Part shown: positions 29,990-38,640 of the stretch, in pieces | Layout of the letters: the number at the start of each line of letters is the position of its first letter | Position numbering within the stretch: the first letter of the stretch is position 1 | From: Verrucomicrobiota bacterium | Lineage (GTDB): Bacteria; Verrucomicrobiota; Verrucomicrobiia; Limisphaerales; UBA11358 | Assembly: GCA_049523455.1 (NCBI GenBank) | Contig: JBEKMW010000006.1 | Location: 5,731 to 69,730, forward strand | Length of the DNA stretch: 64,000 nucleotides | Direction: 5' to 3' | Made by a program: the position numbers and the translations under genes | The notes under the pieces: model-generated | Seen by the model: only the letters and a program-made list of their open reading frames with translations | What the model was told of the DNA's origin: nothing | The model's database searches: none

Positions 29990-31129
29990 ATGAAACGCTT
30001 TGGATTCAATTGGCGGCGCTTTTGGGCGATTGTGGGCAAGGAATTCATCCAGATGCGCCGCGACCGGCTGACCTTTGGCATGATGGTGGGCATCCCCATG
30101 CTCCAGCTCATTCTGTTCGGTTACGCCATCAATTCCGATCCCAAACACCTGCCCACGGCGGTCTATTCGGCCGACAACAGCGTCTTCTCGCGCACCATCA
30201 CGTGGGGTTTGCGCAACAGCAGTTACTTTGACATCACGCGCGAGCCGAAGAACGAAGCCGACATCCAAAAGCTGCTCGCCCGGGGCACGGTGCAATTCGC
30301 GGTGGACGTTCCGGTGGATTTTTCGCGCAAACTGCTGCGCGGCGAGAAACCGGATTTGCTGCTCGAAGCCGACGCCACCGACCCCGCCGCCGTGGGTTAC
30401 GCGATCGCGGCGGTGAATTTGTTGACCACCACCGTGCTGGACCGCGACCTCACCGGATCGCTGGCCAAACTGCGCGGCTCTGCTCCTCCGTTCAATCTGG
30501 TGGTGCATCAGCACTACAATCCCGAAAACATCACCCAGTACAACATCGTGCCCGGACTCATGGGCGTGATGCTCACGATGACGATGATCATCATCACCGC
30601 GCTGGCGATCACGCGCGAACGCGAGCGCGGGACCATGGAAAATCTGCTTTCCACGCCGGCCCGGCCCGGCGAGGTGATGATCGGCAAAATCGTGCCCTAC
30701 ATCGCGGTGGGCTATCTGCAGGTGTTCCTGATTTTGCTGGCGTCGCGGTTTCTGTTCGACGTGCCGATAGCGGGCAGCGTGCCGTTGCTGCTGGCGCTCA
30801 CGTTCTTCTTCATCGTGGCCAATCTCGCGGTGGGCATCACGTTTTCCACCATTGCCAGGAACCAACTGCAGGCGGTGCAGATGGCGTTCTTCTTTTTCCT
30901 GCCGTCGTTGCTGCTGTCGGGCTACATGTTTCCGTTTCGCGGGATGCCCGGCTGGGCCCAGGACGTCGGCGAGCTGCTGCCGCTGACGCATTATCTGCGC
31001 GTGGTGCGGGGAATCCTGTTAAAAGGCAACGGCCTGGCCGAAGTGGCGCCCGATCTCTGGCCGATTGGGCTGTTTTTGGTGGTGATGCTGGCAATCGGCA
31101 TCAAACGCTATCGGCAGACTTTGGATTAA
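29990..31129 (+). CDS. ABC-2 type transporter permease (YhhJ/YbhR-like)
   Basis: AIVGKEFIQMRRDRLTFGMMVGIPMLQLILFGYAIN, TRERERGTMENLLSTPARPGEVMIGKIVPYI; no ATPase gene adjacent. Confidence 0.85.
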   Translation: MKRFGFNWRRFWAIVGKEFIQMRRDRLTFGMMVGIPMLQLILFGYAINSDPKHLPTAVYSADNSVFSRTITWGLRNSSYFDITREPKNEADIQKLLARGTVQFAVDVPVDFSRKLLRGEKPDLLLEADATDPAAVGYAIAAVNLLTTTVLDRDLTGSLAKLRGSAPPFNLVVHQHYNPENITQYNIVPGLMGVMLTMTMIIITALAITRERERGTMENLLSTPARPGEVMIGKIVPYIAVGYLQVFLILLASRFLFDVPIAGSVPLLLALTFFFIVANLAVGITFSTIARNQLQAVQMAFFFFLPSLLLSGYMFPFRGMPGWAQDVGELLPLTHYLRVVRGILLKGNGLAEVAPDLWPIGLFLVVMLAIGIKRYRQTLD

Positions 31130-32577
31130 GCCGATGCTTTGGCCGCCGCCAGATCGCTGCGGCGCTGCGCCATGCTCTTGAAAAATTCGTAGCCTTCGCG
31201 CAAACGGCGGACGCACACGTCCTTGTCCTCCAGCATGGTTTTGATGATGCGTAGAATCGGTTTGGGACGCAGGTAATAGCGGTGATAGAAGCGCTCGACG
31301 CTCTCGAATATTTCCTCCTTGCTCAGGCCGGGATATTCGAGGGCGCTTTGCTGGAAGCCGTCGGTTTCCACGAGGTCGGTCTTGTCCTTCTTCACGAACC
31401 AGCCGTTGAGCCTGGCCTGCTCGTAAAGTTCGGTGCCCGGATACGGTGCGGCCAGCGATACTTGCAGGCTGAACACGTCGAGCTCCTTGGCAAAATTAAT
31501 CGTCTGCTCGATGGTTTGGCGGGTCTCGACCGGCAGCCCCAGGATGAACGTGCCGTGAATCACCACGCCCGCCTCATGGCACGCCTTGGTGAACCGGCGC
31601 ATCTCGTCGGTCGTCACGCCTTTCTTGATGCGCGTGAGCGTGTCGTCGTTGCCGCTCTCGTAGCCCACCAGAAACAGGCGCAGGCCGTTGTCCTTGAACG
31701 ATTTTATCGTGTCGTAATCGAGGTTGGCGCGGCTGTTGCAGCTCCAGGAGACGCCGAGCGGACCGAGTTTTTTGGCAATCTCGCGGGCGCGCGGCAGGTT
31801 GGCCGTGAACGTGTCGTCGTCGAAGAAAAATTCGCGCACCTGCGGGAAGAGTTTCTTCATGTACGCCATTTCGTCGGCGACATTTTGCGGCGAGCGGACG
31901 CGGTATCTGTGGCCGCCGATGGTTTGCGGCCAGAGGCAGAAGCTGCATTGCGCCGGACAGCCGCGACCGGTGTAAAGGCTCACATAGGGATGCAACAGAT
32001 AACCGATGAAATAATTCTCGATCTTGAGGTCGCGCCGGTAAACGTCGGCCACCCACGGCAGATCGTCCATGTTCTGGATCATCTCGCGCTCGGGGTTGTG
32101 GCGGATCTTGCCGTCCTTGTCCTTGTAGGAAAGACCGGCAATGGTGGACAGTTCGCGCCCTTCGGCGACTTCCCTGCAGGTGTAGTCAAATTCCTTGCGT
32201 CCCACCCAATCAATGGCGGGCGACGCCTTCAACGTTTCTGACGGCAATACCATCGTGTGCGCGCCCACGAAACCGATTTTGGTGTCCGGCTGCTGTTGTT
32301 TGATGGCCTCGGCCACCTTGCAATCGTTCTTCAGGGAGGGCGTGGAGGTGTTGATGATGACGTGCTCGAAATCCCTGGCAATGCGGAGGCATTCCTCCAT
32401 GCCGATGTTGTGGGGCGGGCAATCCAGCAGCCGGGAGTTGGGCGTGAGCGCGGCCGGTTGGGCGAGCCACGTGGGATACCAAAAACTGGTCACCTCGCGC
32501 CGCGCCTGATAGCGCGCGCCGGCGCCGCCGTCGAAGCCGTCGAAGGAAGGCGGCGAAAGATAAAGTGTTCGGCTCAT
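31126..32577 (-). CDS. hpnJ: Hopanoid biosynthesis-associated radical SAM protein HpnJ (B12-binding)
   Basis: MSRTLYLSPPSFDGFDGGAGARYQARREVTSFWYPTWLAQPA, GRGCPAQCSFCLWPQT radical SAM motif; adjacent to hpnH. Confidence 0.85.
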   Translation of the reverse strand: MSRTLYLSPPSFDGFDGGAGARYQARREVTSFWYPTWLAQPAALTPNSRLLDCPPHNIGMEECLRIARDFEHVIINTSTPSLKNDCKVAEAIKQQQPDTKIGFVGAHTMVLPSETLKASPAIDWVGRKEFDYTCREVAEGRELSTIAGLSYKDKDGKIRHNPEREMIQNMDDLPWVADVYRRDLKIENYFIGYLLHPYVSLYTGRGCPAQCSFCLWPQTIGGHRYRVRSPQNVADEMAYMKKLFPQVREFFFDDDTFTANLPRAREIAKKLGPLGVSWSCNSRANLDYDTIKSFKDNGLRLFLVGYESGNDDTLTRIKKGVTTDEMRRFTKACHEAGVVIHGTFILGLPVETRQTIEQTINFAKELDVFSLQVSLAAPYPGTELYEQARLNGWFVKKDKTDLVETDGFQQSALEYPGLSKEEIFESVERFYHRYYLRPKPILRIIKTMLEDKDVCVRRLREGYEFFKSMAQRRSDLAAAKASA

Positions 32578-32583
32578 GAATTT

Positions 32584-34011
32584 CTATTGGGCCCGGACAC
32601 CACCGTTCGCTTCGTTCTTTGCTTTTGCCAGCGACTCGTCGGGTGCTGCCGTGTCGTTCGTGCCGCAATGGCTTTCGACGTGCGCAGATTCTCCGCCGTT
32701 GCGGGAGAAGGCGCCGTGCGCCCCGGCGGCGGGCGAGTTGACCGCGGCCCGTGCCTGGGCCAGATGCCCTTTGCCGACGGAAACGCCGTTATAGACACGC
32801 TTCTCCAGGCCGGGTGAAAACGGAAACGGCTTCGGTCGCGCGCCGAAGTTGTACTTGAAATTCTTCCAGTTGTCGCCGCGCTGATAATTCGTGCCGAGCG
32901 CGCCGCTGGGGTCGTAACCGCAATGGACCATGCAGTGTTCGCACCGCGAATCGCGCGCCTTGCCGTCCACCACGCCGTATTTTTCCCATTGCACCCTGGC
33001 CAGCATTTCCTGGTAGCCGTCGTAATGGCCGTCGGTCATGAGGTAACACGGCGCTTTCCAGCCCTTGATGTTGTAGGTGGGGATGGCCCAGGCGGTGCAG
33101 GTCAACTCGCGTTTGCCCGCGAGAAATTCCTGGTACACCGGCGTGCCAAAAATGGTGAACTCCTTGCCCCAATCGAGAATCTTCCCAAACTTCTGCCGCG
33201 TCATGTTGCGCGTCAGGAAGAAATCCCTGGGGTCCTTGCCCAGGCGCTTCACCATGTCCTTCTTGGCCGCGTCGTAATCGTAACCGGGCGAAATAGTGTG
33301 GCCGTCCACTTCCAACGAGCTGAGGAATTTGAACATGTCCTCGATCTCGGCCATGTCTGTCTCCTTATAGACGGTGGTGTTCGTGGCGCATTGGTAGCCC
33401 AGAAGCTTGGCCATCTTGATGGCCGCGATGCATTCCTTGAACACGCCTTCGCGCTCGACGATGAGGTCATGCGTGTATTCCAAGCCGTCCACGTGCACGT
33501 TCCAATACATCCACTGCGTCGGCCGGATGACGACTTTTTTCCGGGCCGCGTCGCCCGCTTGGCGGATGGTTGCGGCGTCCTTGTCGGATATCAATTTCTG
33601 GTCGAGCAACTTTTTCAGCGTCGGTTCCAAACCCGGCGAATAGATGGCCGCGAGGTAATCCTTCATCTTCTTGCGCATGAAGACGCCGTTGGTGCAGACG
33701 TAAATCACGCGGCCCTGCGCCAGCAAACCGGCGATGAGTTCCTCGATCTTTGGATAAATCAACGGCTCGCCGCCGCAGATGCTGACCATGGGCGCCTCGC
33801 ATTCCTCGGCGACCGCCAGGCATTTCTCGAGCGGCACCATGTCCTTGAGGCTGGTGGAATACTCGCGGATGCGGCCGCATCCGGTGCAGGTGAGATTGCA
33901 GGTGTGCAGCGGTTCGAGCTGCAAGACCATCGCAAATTTCGGAGTCTTGCGCAGCTTATGTTTAATAATGTGGCCGGCGATCTTCGCCGACAAAGCGAAT
34001 GGGAATCGCAT
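32584..34011 (-). CDS. hpnH: Adenosyl-hopene transferase HpnH (radical SAM) with internal insertion and C-terminal extension
   Basis: MVLQLEPLHTCNLTCTGCGRIREY, SICGGEPLIYPKI, CMVHCGYDPSGAL. Confidence 0.85.
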   Translation of the reverse strand: MRFPFALSAKIAGHIIKHKLRKTPKFAMVLQLEPLHTCNLTCTGCGRIREYSTSLKDMVPLEKCLAVAEECEAPMVSICGGEPLIYPKIEELIAGLLAQGRVIYVCTNGVFMRKKMKDYLAAIYSPGLEPTLKKLLDQKLISDKDAATIRQAGDAARKKVVIRPTQWMYWNVHVDGLEYTHDLIVEREGVFKECIAAIKMAKLLGYQCATNTTVYKETDMAEIEDMFKFLSSLEVDGHTISPGYDYDAAKKDMVKRLGKDPRDFFLTRNMTRQKFGKILDWGKEFTIFGTPVYQEFLAGKRELTCTAWAIPTYNIKGWKAPCYLMTDGHYDGYQEMLARVQWEKYGVVDGKARDSRCEHCMVHCGYDPSGALGTNYQRGDNWKNFKYNFGARPKPFPFSPGLEKRVYNGVSVGKGHLAQARAAVNSPAAGAHGAFSRNGGESAHVESHCGTNDTAAPDESLAKAKNEANGGVRAQ

Positions 34012-34020
34012 AGTCTTAAA

Positions 34021-34227
34021 TTATTGGGCTAAAGCCACTTCCTTGGATATCACTGGCGCTGCTGCCGGAGCATTGGTCATGGGCGGATCAACCTTGAGCA
34101 AGCCGGGCAGGAGGAACGATGCCGGCGAAACCGTCTGGCTGGCGTTGACGCCGCCGCATCCTGTGCAGGCCAGCATCAACGCCGCCGCCATGGCCAGCGA
34201 CAGCAAATGGCAATTTAATCTCACTTG
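34021..34227 (-). CDS. Small putative lipoprotein
   Basis: GTG start in frame; RLNCHLLSLAMAAALMLACTGCGGVNASQTVSPASFLLPGLLKV with lipobox-like LACTGC. Confidence 0.5.
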   Translation of the reverse strand, partial: QVRLNCHLLSLAMAAALMLACTGCGGVNASQTVSPASFLLPGLLKVDPPMTNAPAAAPVISKEVALAQ

Positions 34228-34374
34228 CTCATTATAGTGCACCCCGGCACGATGGCAACCCTTATTAGCCATTAAATGGAGCCATCTCGACCAGCAGCCG
34301 CAGCTCGATACCGCCGCCGTTTGGAGTTCCGCCTTCAGGCGGTGCGGACGGCCAAGCCGCGGGGAAGCGCCTGC

Positions 34375-35097
34375 ATGGTCGCCCTGTTTCTACTCTCCGC
34401 CGCTTCCACTGTTCTGGCCGGATCGCAAACCAACGTGATCTTCGCCGGGCGCGCCGGGACGAAATTCAACCAGACCCAAATCCGATTTGAGTCGGACACG
34501 AATAATGCCACCGCCGCCTGGCAATTTGCCCGCGCGTGTTACGACTGGGCTGATGTTGCCACCAACGACACCGAACGCGCCGCGATCGCACGGCAAGGCA
34601 TCGCCGCTTGCCGCGCTTTGCTGGCGCGCCAGAGCAATTCCGCGCCGGGCCATTATTATCTGGCGATGAATTTTGGACAACTGGCCGCGGCCGAAGCCCC
34701 GTCCCTGGCGGCCTACCGACTCGTGCAGCAGATCGAGGGGGAATTCAAAACCGCCGCGGCCTTGGATGCAGCTTTCGATTACGGCGGGCCGGCGCGCGGG
34801 CTGGGCCTGCTGTATCGCAACGCGCCGGACCGGCCGATCAGCGTTGGCAGCCGGCGCAAAGCCCGCGATTGGCTGGAGCGGGCGGTTCAACTCGCGCCGG
34901 AGGATCCGGAAAACCGGCTGAACCTGCTGGAAGCGCACCTGGGCTGGCGGGAGCGCGCCCAGGCGCGACAGGACCTGAAGGTGCTGGACGCGCTCTGGCC
35001 CAAGGCGCAAACCAATTTTACCGGCGTGGATTGGGAACCAAGCTGGGCGGACTGGACGGCCCGCAAACTCGCCGCGGAAAAGATGCTCATTCCTTGA
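34375..35097 (+). CDS. Hypothetical exported helical-repeat/TPR-like protein
   Basis: Signal-like MVALFLLSAASTVLAG; GHYYLAMNFGQLA, WLERAVQLAPEDPENRLNLLEAHL. Confidence 0.5.
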   Translation: MVALFLLSAASTVLAGSQTNVIFAGRAGTKFNQTQIRFESDTNNATAAWQFARACYDWADVATNDTERAAIARQGIAACRALLARQSNSAPGHYYLAMNFGQLAAAEAPSLAAYRLVQQIEGEFKTAAALDAAFDYGGPARGLGLLYRNAPDRPISVGSRRKARDWLERAVQLAPEDPENRLNLLEAHLGWRERAQARQDLKVLDALWPKAQTNFTGVDWEPSWADWTARKLAAEKMLIP

Positions 35098-35159
35098 AGA
35101 ATCGTTTTTTGCCGCGAAAAACCGCCAAGAGTTCCGCAATGTGGAGGAAATGAATCTCT

Positions 35160-35585
35160 TTAATTCCTCCGTCCCGCCACGTCTTTCCACGGGTTAACGG
35201 TCTGGCAGCCGGGGAAATGCTTTTCGTTTCGGGTTGCCACGGTGAGGTCGCAGCTTCGTGCAATCGCGCCGATCAGTGAATCGTCATAGGGAATGGGATG
35301 ATTTCGCGCTTCAGCCATGAGCCGTCCCCACTCCGCGGCGGCTGCCTCGTCGGAAACGTAAATGGCCTCGTGATAGTCCTGCAAGATAAACCCGTAAATG
35401 CGTTCCAATGCCAGCCGCGTTTTCCTGGTCCCCGCGAGCTCAATCCCGCGCCGGATTTCGGCCAGCGTCAAAGTGGAAATCCCCACCTCCCCGCGATGCT
35501 TGGCGAACCAGACCCGGACGGGATTGCCTTCGCGGAAATAATCACTCACGACGTTTGTATCGGCGAGATACTTTAGAAACGGCAT
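35160..35585 (-). CDS. PIN domain toxin (VapC-like)
   Basis: YLADTNVVSDYFR, STLTLAEIRRGIE, DDSLIGAIARSCDLTVATRNEKHF. Confidence 0.88.
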   Translation of the reverse strand: MPFLKYLADTNVVSDYFREGNPVRVWFAKHRGEVGISTLTLAEIRRGIELAGTRKTRLALERIYGFILQDYHEAIYVSDEAAAAEWGRLMAEARNHPIPYDDSLIGAIARSCDLTVATRNEKHFPGCQTVNPWKDVAGRRN

Positions 35586-35815
35586 GGTGGAACAGACTCC
35601 TTCTTCTCGGGTTCAAAGGAGAACCCTACGGACCGCAAAGCTTCCAAATGGTCCGTCAGATCTTGGGTTGCGGCAGCCACCCGCCGGCGGCCCCGCTTGG
35701 ATGGTGGAACCGGCTCGATCCACCAGCCTGTCGCCTCGCGTTTGACCAAATAGCGCGCTCCATTCTGCACGCCGCGCACGGTCAGGCGGTTCTTGTCTGC
35801 TACACTGATGCTCAT
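35573..35815 (-). CDS. Putative cognate antitoxin (AbrB/SpoVT-like)
   Basis: MSISVADKNRLTVRGVQNGARYLVKREATGWWIEPVPPSKRG; overlaps toxin start by 13 nt; operator-like palindrome just upstream. Confidence 0.6.
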   Translation of the reverse strand: MSISVADKNRLTVRGVQNGARYLVKREATGWWIEPVPPSKRGRRRVAAATQDLTDHLEALRSVGFSFEPEKKESVPPCRF

Positions 35816-35817
35816 CA

Positions 35818-35835
35818 TATGGGAATGTTCCCATA
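35818..35835. promoter_or_regulatory. Candidate operator palindrome TATGGGAA-TG-TTCCCATA upstream of PIN TA module
   Basis: 8-bp perfect arms with 2-nt centre immediately 5' of the antitoxin start codon. Confidence 0.5.
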
Positions 35836-35983
35836 GACCCAACCCGATGGCAACCGGTTTTTCCAGGGACAAGTGGAGGCATCGGAACGGGTCTGTGCCC
35901 GGGTGGCGGGAAATTTAAGTGGCACCAACCGCACTTTCAGGTTATCTTTTCTCCCATCATCGAACCTGGACGCATTCCATATC

Positions 35984-36568
35984 ATGGCCAATAAACTTTT
36001 GGCGGCTCTGAACGATACCACTTTGTTCCTGCAGGAATGGTTTGCCAATCCGCAGCGAACCGGCGCGGTGGCGCCCAGTTCACCCAAGCTGGCGGCCGCC
36101 ATGGCGCGGTGGCTGCCGTCGGACCCCGAAAGCTACGTGCTCGAACTGGGTCCCGGCACCGGCGCCGTCACCCAGGCCCTGCTGGGACGCGGCTTGCGTG
36201 AAGAACGGCTGGTAGCCATTGAGCATAATCCGAAACTGGCGGGCCTGCTGCGCAAGAGGTTTCCCAGCGCAGAAATCATTACCGGCGACGCCTGGCAAAT
36301 GGATGAATTGCTCCGCGACCGGCCCGAACCGATTGATTCGGTGGGCGCCGTCATTTCCAGCCTGCCGTTGTTGAATTTTCCTCCCGCGCAGGCTGATGCC
36401 CTGGCCGGGAAGATCCGCGCCATCCTCACGTGCGGCGGCAAGTGGGTGCAATACAGCTATCACCTGGGCATCCGGCGGCAAAAGTGCGCCGCTAGTTTCC
36501 GGCATCTCGCCTCCAAGATCGTCTGGCTCAACCTTCCGCCCGCGCGTGTGAACGTTTATCAGAAGTAG
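35984..36568 (+). CDS. Phospholipid N-methyltransferase-like SAM methyltransferase
   Basis: LFLQEWFANPQRTGAVAPSSPKLAAAMARWL, YVLELGPGTGAVTQALL, VGAVISSLPLLNFP. Confidence 0.8.
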   Translation: MANKLLAALNDTTLFLQEWFANPQRTGAVAPSSPKLAAAMARWLPSDPESYVLELGPGTGAVTQALLGRGLREERLVAIEHNPKLAGLLRKRFPSAEIITGDAWQMDELLRDRPEPIDSVGAVISSLPLLNFPPAQADALAGKIRAILTCGGKWVQYSYHLGIRRQKCAASFRHLASKIVWLNLPPARVNVYQK

Positions 36569-36728
36569 CGGCAGGCATCCCTGCCTGCCGTAGAGCCGGG
36601 CTTCCCAGCCCGGCGGGAAATTCGTGCGCCAGCCAAGTGACGTCACAATTCTCCAACCATCTCCCGCTATTCATCGTTTTTCCGGGCGGCAGGGATGCCG
36701 CCCTCTACGGCAGCCAAGATGGCTGCCG
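36569..36728. repeat. Inverted pair of double-hairpin units with covarying arms
   Basis: Units 36569-36614 and 36684-36728 (inverted): [CGGCAGGCA tccc TGCCTGCCG]TAGA[GCCGGGCT tccc AGCCCGGC] and [CGGCAGCCA tct TGGCTGCCG]TAGA[GGGCGGCA tccc TGCCGCCC]. Confidence 0.88.
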
Positions 36729-37123
36729 CCACATTTTAGACACGCTCCAAGGCTGGTCAGAGGCATCTCACGTGGTCTCCTGCGTCATTAATGCGGTGCC
36801 TGAACGCTCCAGCCCAACTGTAGGAGACGAGGTAACGAGTCTCTGTCTTGCGTTGAAATCATCCCGCTTTTTGCATCTGGTTCAACTGGTCAGCGAAGCT
36901 TTGCCTTGAGCTATTGCTCACTCTGCTGCTCGAACCTCTTGAGTTGGTTCACGAGATTTTGTATCTGGCGGTTGGAGGGGTCCAATTTGGCACAAGTCTG
37001 CGCTACGGTGATGGCGTCGTCGAAATAGGGCATGGCTTGTTCGACATACCGCCGAAAGTTGGCTCAACCAAGCCGCCGTTTGGGATGAATTTTCAATTTG
37101 GAATTTAAATGGGAAATCCCGGG

Positions 37124-38143
37124 TTAAACCGTTGCGTTTCCCGCCACGGCACGCATTTTGTTCAGTTCGTCTTTGGCCGCGGATGGGGACTCTCCGTGGG
37201 GACTCTCCGTGCCCGAGATCACCTGCTTGAGGTCCTCGCCCAAGATCGATGGACACCAGTTGGCCTCGATGAACTCGACGACCAGTTCGGTGCCGCGCGC
37301 ATGGCTGACGAACGGCCGTTGGCGCGGATCGTACATCGCGTCGACCAGATCCCGCGCCACCACCACGTGGAAGCCGAGGCGAGTCATCTCGCGGCATCCG
37401 AAGGCGCGGTTCATGATACAAATGTTGGCGTGGACGCCCATGAGGACGATATTGGTGATGCCTTCCTGCTTGCAGAAGTTGTAGATTTCCTGGCCGCTGT
37501 CGCTGATGCCGTCATAACCGACGATCTGAATGGCCGGGTGCTCGCGCTCCCAGGGATAATTGCCTCGTGTAGTAGGCGGCGCGGGACCCGTCCATCTCCT
37601 TGGGACCGGGTCATCACAGCCGTCGGCTATCGGAAAGTTGCGCGCCTCGTCCGGGGTTCTGTCGGTCGCCCGTACCGGGATGGGTGAGGGAGCCATCGGC
37701 GCCTGCTGCATTCTACGCCGCCAGGGTGTTCCCTCGTAGTATTTCATCGTGTCACTGGGGGCGTGAATGATCATCACACCCAGGCTTCGGGCGGCGCTGA
37801 CGACCTGGTTCATCACTGGCGCCATGGCGGCCACACGCTGCGCCGCACAAAGGCAGGTGTGCGTGTCCCACATATCGACGATGATGATGGCTGTGTTGGC
37901 TACATCCCAGCGCAGCGCCTCTTCGTACACTCGGATCTTACCGCTGCCGGGCGGGCGCTCCTCGCGCCGGCGCGCCCGCAGGTGGAGCGTTCCGGGGACT
38001 TTGGGCCGATTTGGCAGCGATTCGCGGTCCGGTTCCACGGCATCCGCCATTGCCACCGGTGCATCCGCCATTGCCACCGGTTCCACGGCATCCGCCATTG
38101 CCGCCCCGAGGGCCGCAGACAGAACGAGAAAAGATCGTCGGTT
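37124..38143 (-). CDS. Cysteine hydrolase (isochorismatase-like) with signal peptide
   Basis: MNRRSFLVLSAALGAAMA signal; NTAIIIVDMWDTH, NYPWEREHPAIQI, NIVLMGVHANICIMNRAFG. Confidence 0.75.
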   Translation of the reverse strand, partial: NRRSFLVLSAALGAAMADAVEPVAMADAPVAMADAVEPDRESLPNRPKVPGTLHLRARRREERPPGSGKIRVYEEALRWDVANTAIIIVDMWDTHTCLCAAQRVAAMAPVMNQVVSAARSLGVMIIHAPSDTMKYYEGTPWRRRMQQAPMAPSPIPVRATDRTPDEARNFPIADGCDDPVPRRWTGPAPPTTRGNYPWEREHPAIQIVGYDGISDSGQEIYNFCKQEGITNIVLMGVHANICIMNRAFGCREMTRLGFHVVVARDLVDAMYDPRQRPFVSHARGTELVVEFIEANWCPSILGEDLKQVISGTESPHGESPSAAKDELNKMRAVAGNATV

Positions 38144-38299
38144 CATAAAGTGTTTGACCCAGGCCCGCCTGTTGAGCGCTGCGCAGGTGAGGGAGAATTG
38201 CATTTCGCTATCGCGCTCATTTGTCACCCATGTTTCTCAACATTGGCGATCCGGCGGAGGGTTGTCAATATCCGGTTTGCGAAAAATGGCGAAAATCGG

Positions 38300-38506
38300 C
38301 TAAGCGCTTTCACTCAATACCATGGCCGCCATAATGGCGCCATGCTCCGTGCAGGCATATGGCAGGCTTTTGGCGAATTTCAACCCGGACAGGTGATCAC
38401 AATTTGTGATCACCTCCAATTTCTCCCCGGAATTAAGCTGGAAAATAAAGTCCTCAGGGAAACGTTCGGCGTTGCGTTTCACGGCTTCAGCCGGCCTTGG
38501 GAGCAA
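38300..38506 (-). pseudogene. ORF6N-domain gene fragment
   Basis: AVKRNAERFPEDFIFQLNSGEK...TNCDHLSGLKFAKSLPYACTEHGAIMAAMVL matches the ORF6N core; only 68 aa remain. Confidence 0.5.
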
Positions 38507-38640
38507 GCCGCCCCCCCCGCCCTGGCCGCCGGCTCGGATCGCTCACGTTCATCGGCCGACGTTGGTAATGGGTAATCAGCGGGTGAAAATCATCGCGCTG
38601 AAAGCGCCAGGCTATCGTCGCTGATGGGCGTTGCCCTCGG

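Noticed and set aside
29804-30991. N-terminal 396 residues of the 523-aa ORF containing RidA
   Set aside because: Antisense to the ABC permease; RidA homology begins exactly at the ATG at 29803.
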